From the NCBI GenBank assembly GCA_020184695.1, contig JAANOX010000157.1, forward strand, positions 1 to 20,755: 20,755 nucleotides of DNA, written 5' to 3'. Positions within the stretch are counted from its first letter, which is position 1. Every line of letters starts with the position of its first letter. The notes below the pieces were generated by a model. It was not told where the DNA came from. It searched no databases and saw only the letters and a list, made by a program, of their open reading frames with translations. This document shows, piece by piece, positions 10,701-19,539 of this stretch. The position numbers and the translations under genes were made by a program. The stretch is from Histomonas meleagridis 2922-C6/04-290x (Eukaryota; Protista; Parabasalia).

Positions 10701-11740
10701 AATGAATTTATTACTATGTTACTATCAGTTTTAATGAAATGTTCAAGTCCTTTAATCTTTGCTCGTATTATATCTAATGAATCATTTTCAGTGATAATGA
10801 TTTTCTCAATGTTAATCGCTAATGGTAATATAATACGTAAAATGTATTCGGGATATTCAATTTCCCAAATTTCATTTATAAAATTTTCGATTTCTGTTTT
10901 AAATGTTGATATGTTTCGATTATAAAGTTGTAATATGACTGCAACTGATTGTTCCATTGACGTTGCATTTAAATTACAACTTTTAAATTTCGTTTTTGCT
11001 TCATTAAATATAGTATTAATATGGTCTTCAGTTAAATGTTTGGATAATGTTTCCGATTCTAATATTTTGGCTCCAATTGGCAATAAAATTGAACTCATTT
11101 TATTTGTGATTAAAAAATCAATTGTAAAATAGACAAAACGATCTGGAAATTTTTGTATTAATATTATTATACAATCTACAAATTGTGTAATGTTTTGATT
11201 CCGCATAAAAGATGTTAAAAGTGATGTGAGTAATGATCGATGAAATGACATGTCAAGTTGCCCCATTTGATTAATTAACTCTGGTACATAACGAATATAA
11301 TCAATAAGATCAGCATTAAAATGGTGAATAACAAAAACAGTTTCAATAAGAGAAGAAATCATCGTTGGTCCAATTTGTTGTGACAAAAATACAAAAATGC
11401 ATATAATGGATATGGAAACGTTAGCCGAGGTCTCGTCAACTTGTGAGACAAATACTGAAAATGTTTTGATTAAAATTTCTGTTTGAAATGGAGCAAGTGA
11501 GACTAAAAAAGCACCAATAGCATTGAATGAAGAAACAACAATGGAGGGATTTTTGTGATTAACCAAACGGAAAAATAATTGCCAAATCTTTAAAAGAAAA
11601 TTTTCTGGTTGAGATTTGCAATATTTTTTGTACCATTTTAAAGAAAAACTTACTCTTAACTTGTCTAGTGTTTGAAGAATTATCACTGTTGGTTCGTTAT
11701 GATCTAATTGGGATGATAATGTGCAAAAAATTGGATCCAT
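7760..11740 (-). CDS. Large HEAT/ARM-like alpha-solenoid protein of unknown function (about 1326 aa)
   Basis: About 4-kb uninterrupted ORF. Likely start is MDPIF at 11740, with a TCAT Inr-like sequence about 9 nt upstream. The N-terminal LFFRLVNHKNPSIVVSSFNAIGAFL is HEAT-like. Confidence 0.7.
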   Translation of the reverse strand: MDPIFCTLSSQLDHNEPTVIILQTLDKLRVSFSLKWYKKYCKSQPENFLLKIWQLFFRLVNHKNPSIVVSSFNAIGAFLVSLAPFQTEILIKTFSVFVSQVDETSANVSISIICIFVFLSQQIGPTMISSLIETVFVIHHFNADLIDYIRYVPELINQMGQLDMSFHRSLLTSLLTSFMRNQNITQFVDCIIILIQKFPDRFVYFTIDFLITNKMSSILLPIGAKILESETLSKHLTEDHINTIFNEAKTKFKSCNLNATSMEQSVAVILQLYNRNISTFKTEIENFINEIWEIEYPEYILRIILPLAINIEKIIITENDSLDIIRAKIKGLEHFIKTDSNIVINSLIELLNRNDDGFSFVVDFFSKKIELIISNCNDEKLIKTIILKILNKENTSWVQKTSILNFINKIDQFLLQKYLPNYIDLCLEFLLNCTISQQKNLYELAQKITCNFIGLHTIDKFLLLIFKLDFFDFNIDIKILVLLNLLMDRKIESTNYNDFIPIFIELMNMNPPLQYQSELFLFLSHFPKIKFDKSIKRKCFNLIQKYYWSFTRIPLLNSESEIEEFGPYLTSVPTDIIANSSTLLIKHILKPFQNCIKFLISRKSKKLINVSYKLIPLFPYDILQYLNTIHFIQPNLIDLIVQEIKLIFGLTNDEKVLEESITFVSQKSPQSLLSFGYLMNEIILSKFLTTSSTSFVFLKALNKIDSNTLIKDSLCLISILSPLERNCFLIDLYNFIHTDNKFINTLTTQYPFLYLYKNTEAEKVGNWLKTTPFYEWPLHNQIFNENLTIFLSSYQKQIVIDSFLLFDEFHWFFFKMNKKLFDLTEYNKFYVNNLDKLKQQILIPIEMKQFHFNHDIIEQNEKIKIPILTPMIEQNKFVLNESLLKSFFLFSNIKISNSLFNEIYPQLKNQNTINSAIKYLNRLNLSYLDNKKYNIINDNNQKINYKQLCIDFSITNDINKFILCIPIIVANIKTCDKPKKMFYIIRFLRNFTKLILEENIKDIVQHIIDNNFAYDYILMEIGILISHKMTKEDQIILSQSYPFLPRFIYANNINLINNLQRIHFPSIDLYIFRLIKMFNENSYIQLFDKNLDYYLNVPIVGMSFIDLISNNKSININYQKFIDVILSINNPLICNSTLIVKEYLSKITDRDEKIKNFFSNLLVCGYSIPNVLELFLSLEKNNTNVNIISKNFQCELSIFDKCQTIENAKTIAQISILYLPYVNTLQNLIFGLGESNTKFYLTLLIIKIINSLESKDMLDKMKELEKTFCTIAPFISRAKALSFLIDGKSKKVAALLSFVETNNEELIESLINDYNDEPNVDGQAQV

Positions 11741-11920
11741 TATGGATGATTTTTTTGATAGGTTTACAAAATGTAAAACAAATTTAAAAATTTGTTTATA
11801 AAAGCGGTTATTTAAAAAATGTTTTCGTTTATTAAAACAATTTATTAATTCATGAAACAGACCATTTACTAACAAAGTCAAGATAAGAAAGCTTAAGTTT
11901 TTTTAAAAAAATCCAGAATA

Positions 11921-12544
11921 TTATAATACATCTGAAATGTCGATTTTGGGAAGTATGAGACTAAAGAAGTTATATACATGAGCAGCTAAAAACAGAAATA
12001 TATAGGCAGGGAAGTTTTGATAATCCTTGAAATAAATGAATAATCCATGTGCTAATGGGAAATATCCGAAATTAAAAGGAGGTATATTGGCATTCGCGAT
12101 TCCCACAGACATTTTTAGAGGAAGTCTGCATATTAATAAAAGAAAATAATAGCATAATCTTTTTCCTAAAAAAGGTGCAGGAAATATAAAACCTGAAATG
12201 ATAACGCATAGTACACCATATGGAAGCATTAATGGGCTCTTTCCTTTTGATTTTTTAGATATTGTTTTTTCTGCAAGAATGATAAGGAAACCAGTTAAAA
12301 AAGAGAACATAAAATTTCCTATATTTGGCTTACCACACATTAAGCCACCTGTGAATATTCTCCATAATTCTTTTTGTTTTATAAGATAAGGAGAGATGAA
12401 TAAGTATGATATGTCAATCATTTTTAAACCAACAAAAAGATAGCATGCTATTTGAATTACAAAAATTGTTAAGGCCGACTTTGCATTAAGTATATCATCA
12501 ACTCCAAAAATAATGGCTTGTTCTTCTGCTTGGTCTTCTTCCAT
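11921..12544 (-). CDS. Derlin (Der1-like) ER membrane protein
   Basis: 207 aa with several hydrophobic segments. YLFISPYLIKQKELWRIFTGGLMCG resembles the Derlin 'P.li...q.WR..T' motif, and AHVYNFF..ILP resembles the C-terminal 'GH.y.F.....P' motif. Confidence 0.65.
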   Translation of the reverse strand: MEEDQAEEQAIIFGVDDILNAKSALTIFVIQIACYLFVGLKMIDISYLFISPYLIKQKELWRIFTGGLMCGKPNIGNFMFSFLTGFLIILAEKTISKKSKGKSPLMLPYGVLCVIISGFIFPAPFLGKRLCYYFLLLICRLPLKMSVGIANANIPPFNFGYFPLAHGLFIYFKDYQNFPAYIFLFLAAHVYNFFSLILPKIDISDVL

Positions 12545-12571
12545 TTGGAATTAAATACTTTACATAAAAAA

Positions 12572-13855
12572 ATGCTGGAAGAAAAACCAAATTTTCCAAA
12601 AAAACATAAATTTTCCATCGAAAATGTACAAAATGAGCGAAATATACTTAATGATCTACGAATGTTTATAGACCCTATTCGTTGTTTTGAATTATTAATA
12701 AATCAATTAAAAAATTACAGATTATCTTTACAACCAAAGGATGCGCATTTTATTATTTCAATTTACACAGATTCAGTTTGTACAGATCCAAGTATACGAA
12801 TTGCTGCTTCAATTTTTCTTCGTGAATTATTTTGTCATGATATTCAAAATGTTGATCTTTTTCTTCAATGTAATATTGTTGAAACTGTATTGCCTCTCTT
12901 TCCTCGATATTGTATTTCACAGTTTATTGGAATATGTGCTTTTGAATCAATATATCATTGTAAACTCCTTCTTGAAAATAATTTTGTTAATGCTCTTGTT
13001 CAATGCCTCAATGAGGAAAATGGAGAACTAATATATTTGATTGAATGTGTAGGATCTATTGGTTATCTTCCCGAATATGAAAATCTTATTTTCCCACTAA
13101 TTCCGTTTCTTTTCAAATTCATTGAATTTAACTACGATAGCCGCATTAAAGCGAAATCCATTCGTTCACTTTGTAAAATAATAAGTAGTGGTTCTATTAA
13201 TCTTTGTAGACAAATTATAAATAGCACAACATTTATTTCTATACTTACATTAACCCAAAGTTCTGATGTTTTAATTTGTGATGCATCAGTCCAACTTATT
13301 GGAAATGTAATGAAATATAATGGGATGCTTGACTATCAATTTTTATTTAAAATTCTTGTGATTTTTTTGAATATGCTTAAATTGCCTGATGATTTCTTTA
13401 CGATAATTATTGTTGAAGCGATTACAAATGGTACTTCAAATGGATCTTTATATGTTGACATATGTTTTGATATTGGTATTGTTAATATTTTATTTGAATT
13501 ATTTCATGGCAATTTCAAATGGAGGAAAATAATAACAATATTAAATGCTATTTGTTCTTTGTTTTTAGTTGCGTCACCTGAGAAAAAAGGAAAAATGTGT
13601 GAAATGGGATTTTTAGAATTGTTTTTGGATAATTGTATGGAAATGATTGATGATTTTGAAGAAATTGCTTTTGATGTTGCTTCGAATATTTATGGTTTAT
13701 ATATGCAAACTAAAGATGAAAGATTATTGGACGTTTTGCTGAATAATAACTTCAGAGACTTTGTTGAGAAATTATCAACAGATGAAAATGAAATGTGTCA
13801 TAAAGCAATGGACTTAAACGGTGCACTTATAGAACTGAATGAAACTATTGGTTAA
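12572..13855 (+). CDS. ARM-repeat (importin-alpha-like) protein, 427 aa
   Basis: Intact ORF from ATG 12572 (the track start at 12518 overlaps the Derlin-like gene). ARM-like segments include IRIAASIFLREL, IKAKSIRSLCKII, DASVQLIGNV and TILNAICSLFLVASPE. Confidence 0.65.
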   Translation: MLEEKPNFPKKHKFSIENVQNERNILNDLRMFIDPIRCFELLINQLKNYRLSLQPKDAHFIISIYTDSVCTDPSIRIAASIFLRELFCHDIQNVDLFLQCNIVETVLPLFPRYCISQFIGICAFESIYHCKLLLENNFVNALVQCLNEENGELIYLIECVGSIGYLPEYENLIFPLIPFLFKFIEFNYDSRIKAKSIRSLCKIISSGSINLCRQIINSTTFISILTLTQSSDVLICDASVQLIGNVMKYNGMLDYQFLFKILVIFLNMLKLPDDFFTIIIVEAITNGTSNGSLYVDICFDIGIVNILFELFHGNFKWRKIITILNAICSLFLVASPEKKGKMCEMGFLELFLDNCMEMIDDFEEIAFDVASNIYGLYMQTKDERLLDVLLNNNFRDFVEKLSTDENEMCHKAMDLNGALIELNETIG

Positions 13856-14391
13856 ATAGAGATTAGATATATAAATGTATAATAAAAAATTATTTTGCGT
13901 AATATGATTTATGTAAAAATCACTAAAGCTAAGGTATATACCTTTTGTATTTACTGATTTTAATTAATATTAATAATTTTTTATTTAAAAATTATATATG
14001 AAAATAGTTAAATGAATTCTTAAACCAAAAATTGGATTTTATCTTTTGTAAAATTATATAATTTCCACATATTTGTTCCAAAAGAATTATTTAAATAAAA
14101 GAGTCTGTTCAGAAAACTTTAAAAGATAAAAATAATGCAAGTAAGAAAACAGAAAATCATTCTTCATTATTATTATAAAATTGAAATATTAAAGATATAA
14201 TCAAATTGTGATCAAATATTCATATACCATAATAAAATAATGATTATTTATTTATAAAAAGACCATCACACAATTACAAAAGCAAAAAATAACAAATATT
14301 AAATACATTGGTTTATTTATGAACATAAATAATAAAACAAAAATTTTCTCTTAGGCTGTAAATTTTATTTATTTACCCAAAAAAAAATTAC

Positions 14392-17300
14392 TTATATCCC
14401 AAATCGATAACTACCAAACCTTGTAGGTAATTTTTTGCTTGTTTCTATGGCGAAAAGTTTTTCGTCGTATATAATATCTTTTTGCTTCTTAAGTAATTCC
14501 ACAATATTTTTACATTTTTCATTGCCTTGATTTGAGTTTGCGAGTATAATTGCTGATTCACCATGAAGATTTACTTCATTTATTTTTATATCTTTTTGTT
14601 GAAGAAGTAATTCTACGATTTCAAGACAACCATTTTTTGATGCCCCCATTAAGGAATTCATAAATAAATTTAATAAATTCCGAATTTTTTACATTAATTT
14701 CAAAAAATAATAATAATTGTTATTCTTTTGATTTAAATCGATTTCTTTATGTTCGAGTAATAATTTAACAGTTTCTAAATGATCATTAAAACATGCTAAT
14801 ATGAAAGCAGTAGCAAAACAATTGATTAAATTCCAAATTTTATATATAATTTCCATTTTTTATTAATAAACATATAATAAATATAATAAATATTACGAAG
14901 ATTAACATTAATTCCTTCATGTTCAAGTAAGGGTTTAACTATATCTGTTCTTCCTTCTGAACAAGCAGTCATTAATGGCGTAAAAAATATTTGAATTTAA
15001 TTCCAAATATTATTTTGTTATAGAAATATTTTGAATAAATAATATTATAAAATAAATGAACAGATTTCACATTAATATTAACTTCTTTTTTATCAAGAAT
15101 TAATTTAAAGATTTCGAATTGATTTTTTTTAACTTCTTCAAAATTGACTTTATTAATTTTAAATAAATAAAATAAAAAAGAATAAAAAAACATTAAATCA
15201 AGAAAATAAATCTTACCATTACGTATTATTGGATATTTATCTGATGGAATTTCTTGAGTATAATTTAAATAGAAATCAAATGAATCATTTTTAGATGCAC
15301 ATAAAGGATTAATAAATTTTATAAATAATGAACTTGGAAAAATTAGAGTAAATATTTTTGATACGATTTTCCTGTTTATAAGATTCCTCTAAAGAAATGC
15401 GTAAAGATGTTTTATGAAGTACAGTTTCAAATGATTGAATGAAATTCCAAATATTATTTCGAAACTTTAAAAAAGCAGAACAAATTGTATCTCTCAAATT
15501 AATATCAATTCCTTTATGATCAAGAAGTAATTTAACAATTTCAACAAACCCTGCAATCGTTGCATACATTAAAGGCGAACCGAATATATTAAATATATTT
15601 CACGAAATTTATTAATGAAATATTAAAATTAAGAAATGAATATCAATAAAATTAACATCAATTTCTTTATATTCAAGCAACAATTTAACAATATCAATGT
15701 AATTATTACGTACAGCAAAAGTTAGAGCTGTTTCAAAAAAATTAAATGATTTCCAAATATCATTTAAAAACATAAAATTCATAAAATAAATTTTAAAACA
15801 TATTATTAAATAGTTTTAGCATTAATATCAATATCTTTTTGCTCAAGAAGTAATTTAACGATATCAGTATAACCTTTCCATGTTGCAAATATTAATGGTG
15901 TTTCAAAAAATGGAAACAATTTTTAAATTTATTTTAATAAAATATTCGTTGCATTTGTTAATATCAATTCCCTCAACATTAAGAAGAAGTTTCACAAGGT
16001 CAGCATTACCATTATTACATGCAAAAAACAATGGCGTTATAAAAATAATTTGTAAATTCCAAATTTTGCAATAAAACACCGAATTTATAAAACAAAGAGT
16101 AAATGAAAAGATAAAATGGTTTCAATATTTATGTCAATATCTTTACATTTAAGAAGTAATTTAACCATTTCAATTTGATTATTTTCTAATGCACATGTGA
16201 ATGCATTTTTTCCTCTTTCATTCTGTTGGAAAACATCAATTCCTTTATGTTGAAGAAGTAATTCAACGATTTCTATATAACCTTTTATAGATGCTTGTAT
16301 AAGTGCTGTATCAAATTATTTAAATAATTTCCAAATATTTTTTAAAAATATAAAATCATTAAAACAAATTATATTTTGTAAATTAACATCAATTCCTTCT
16401 TGTTCAAGAAGTAATTTAACTATTTCTGTATGACCATTACAAGATGCTAAAATAAGTGCTGTACTAAATAATTTAAATGATTTCCAAATATTATTTTGAA
16501 ATCCAAAATGAAAAAAACAAATTTTAAATAAAACAAATAAATATCTTTAGCATTAATATCAATTCCTTCTTGTTCAAGAAGTAATTTAACAATTTCAAAG
16601 TTATTTAAATCACAAGCACAATATAAAGGTGTATTATAAAAGCACAAGAAAATCTACCTAATATTCTAAACAAACATTAAAAATGCAAAAACAAATATCA
16701 TAAATATTAACATTAATATCTTTATTTGATAAAACATATTTTACAAGTTCACTATTATTTGAAGAAACAGCATAAGCTATTGCATTATTTGGTAATTCTT
16801 TTCCTTCATAAAGATATCTAACAATGAATAAGTTACCACTTGTGAAAACCTCTTCCACGAATTGAATATCATAAATATTAATTCCTTCATTTTCGATGAA
16901 CAAAAAGATATCAAAGTTATTATATTGGATACATTTGGAACCCATCGAATTTATTAATTTTCTTTTATTTTCTTCTTCAATTTCATTATTTCTCGTTTGG
17001 TTCTGAGGAAAACCACTTATTGTTCGATTTCGGAAATTAAAATATTAATTTAGACGACTAATTGATTTAAAAATATATATTCGAAGATTCAAATCGTATT
17101 TGAATAATTCATTTTCATAAAGATAATAAAAGATGTCATTTCGATGAAATTTAATTGCTGCTTTATAAGCATTACTAAATTTTGCACCATTTTGTTCACA
17201 CAAATGAATGATTTCAATGTTTCCACCTGCTACTGCATATTTACCAACATTTTCAATATTACAACCAGTGATTAATAAATATTTAAAACAATTAATCGAT

Positions 17301-18061
17301 CCATAAAATGCTGCATATTCGATTAATGAAACAGGATGTTCATGAAAGCTATAACATTTGTTGAATTTCTCATATATTGATTCTGGTAATGACTTATTAA
17401 CATCATATTTTTTGCTTGATATTATTTCTTGAAGTTGTTCAACATCATCATTACGTATTGCTTTCGTTACTTCAAAAGGATTTCCTTCGTTAATGTTTTT
17501 TTTATGCTCTTCAAAATTGCTTCCTTTTTGTTGAAGAATTAATTCAATGAGTTCTTTATTTATTCCAAAGGTGAAAACCTGATTTTCAATTGATGAAATT
17601 TGTTCTTTTGTTAATAAATGAACAAAGTATTGGTTGTTTATGAAGGTATTTCGATCAAAACTAATTAAATTGTTTTCTATTAATTTAGCTAATATATAAT
17701 AGGACTCTCTAGAACACAGTGTCAGTAAATAACTTTTGAATAGTGAAAATAGTTGTGGACTTTTTTTAAGAATTTCTTCTTCCTTTTTTTCAATAAATTG
17801 TAAATATTGAAAATATACATTAATGTCGTTACGCTGTGAAATATATGATGAATAAATATTTATTATTAGAACAGTATTAAATGAAATTGGAAAATTAGCA
17901 TCAAATAAATCCATGGTTAATTTTACAGTCAACTCAATGTCTTCTTGATTTATATTAAAAAGTAAATTACTAATGTCTTTAAGATATTTGATTTCTTCTC
18001 CATCGAAAAAATATTGTTTTGTTAATAAATCAACACATATTTTTAATTTTAATTTGTCAAC
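14392..18061 (-). CDS. Second DUF3447-type ankyrin-repeat protein with interrupted hairpins; in-frame TAA at 17045-17047 and an out-of-frame ATG at 18065
   Basis: DUF3447-type motifs AIRNDDVEQLQ, SLIEYAAFYGSINCFKYLL, YAVAGGNIEIIHLCEQ and AAIKFHRNDIFYYL are present. The frame is open from 18061 and continues in the same frame after the TAA into ORF 16658-16945. More than 12 ankyrin segments follow, down to the TAA at 14392-14394. Confidence 0.78.
14662..16696 (-). other. Array of about 40 intervening elements of 17 nt (rarely 18) between single codons in ankyrin hairpins
   Basis: Example: GAT(16545)-[17]-AAA-[17]-TGG-[17]-GGA-[17]-AGT-ACA = DKWGST. D-to-T spacings are 83, 66, 49 or 15 nt (4, 3, 2 or 0 elements), with one case of 67. 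The stretch 15150-15360 is more degenerate and its partition is less certain. Confidence 0.85.
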
Positions 18062-18625
18062 TCATAAAATATTTATAATTATTAATGCCCTTTGTGAAAT
18101 ACTAAATTATTTTAATTTTAATTTTTTTATGATAGATAATCAATTTCACATTGAATTAAAAAGTCGAAAAATCTTCCTATTATTTTTTTTAGAATCATAT
18201 GATATATTTAAATTTCTTATTAATTTTGATTTATATTCAGTTAATATTGAGTTCTATTCATTTTAAAATCAAAAAATCAAGAAAATTGATTTTGAAATAT
18301 ATTAAACAACATAATAATTCCAATTGATGTTACCGTGTTATTTAGTAAATTATCATATTTAATTTGGAGATAAAAATGTTAATAACAAGAAAATACAATC
18401 AAAAAGCCTAGAAAAGACCTAAAAAGTTGGAATATTTCAGTAAAATCTGTCTAGTTCTAAATTTTAAATTATGTTTGATTTTTCATGATTTTTTACTATC
18501 CAAATAAAAACCTCCGTAACTTTTCTTATTTATTGAGGTTGATTAGATTTCTGTCACTAAATAGCTTCAAAGTTCCTTTTGTTCATAGAAAATTCAAATC
18601 AAAAAAACGTCTTTGATTCAGGATA

Positions 18626-19420
18626 ATGAAACCAATTGATATAACAATATTTAGTAATTCATTAAAGTTAATTAATTTAGATGAAGCTGATATGTTTTCT
18701 CACTTTCTTAGCAAAGTTAATGTCATCACCAAGATGGAGAGACTTGAAACGTTGTGTTGTCTGCAATTGGATTTCCATTACAAAATGGGAATCAATTCTG
18801 ATTACAGAACATTTAGTTAACTTAAAACCAAATAATAAAACAGAAGGATTACAAAACTTGCAAATGGAAAAAAAGAAGCAGAAAGAATTGAAGCCGCGAA
18901 CTTAAGAAATAATCTAAATACAAAAGAAGTTGTAATAAAGATTGGAATAATGAAGGTAAACTTTTGTTTACTCATTAATAGGCTTTGGGCGCACAGAAAT
19001 GCAGCGGATTACCATGTGCTTGCTTTCCTTGCATTTAAGTTGCAAAGGTTAGCACCTGTGCTTTCATGGCGTGTACAATACAAACTGCACATTTCATGTC
19101 TCCTAAATCCATTGACTTCCCGCAATTTTTGCGTGGCCGCTACACCACCATGTGTGCCCTCCTGAAGAATCAAACGTGCGACATAGCAGCATTTTTGATT
19201 TACAACCCAACGCGACTTAGCAGATATTTGTTTCAGGGATGTGTGAAATCGAAAATGCTCATGCATGTGACATTGCAACCCTAGGCATTTTATATTTTTA
19301 TTTTTATGTGACGAGTTATGATGAGGAAGTGTTCCAACATTACTTTCAAATTTTATATAAAAGCATGACATTAGTGGCAAAATATTTCAATAGATAGGTT
19401 TTCAATAATTCTCTTCCAAT
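18626..19420 (+). pseudogene. Decayed ORF of unknown family (possible TE or viral remnant)
   Basis: ORFs 18626-18820 and 18950-19165 share one frame bridged by three stops. Further stop-interrupted Cys/His-rich frames follow, and the stretch is visibly GC-richer than its flanks. No domain recognised. Confidence 0.3.
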
Positions 19421-19539
19421 TCGAACTATCATTAAATACTTATACCACTAATTGTGCCAAAACACATGTATGTCGTTAGGTGAGAAAATAGTTTTTACTT
19501 ACTAAAAACATATTACATACATCATTATAGGTTTAATTT

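Noticed and set aside
11741-11881. N-terminal extensions given by the ORF track (11881, 7634, 12518)
   Set aside because: They rely on TTG-type starts or run through low-complexity intergenic or overlapping sequence. ATGs at 11740, 7601 and 12572 are more plausible in a eukaryote.
6803-13031. ORFs 6803-6985, 9534-9746, 10515-10925, 10935-11132, 12198-12389 and 12741-13031
   Set aside because: They are short antisense or off-frame shadows of longer, well-supported CDSs, with no recognisable motifs.
17045-17047. TAA reassigned to an amino acid (non-standard genetic code)
   Set aside because: The 3-4 kb ORFs contain no in-frame TAA and several end in TAA. The TAA at 2469 also needs a frameshift.
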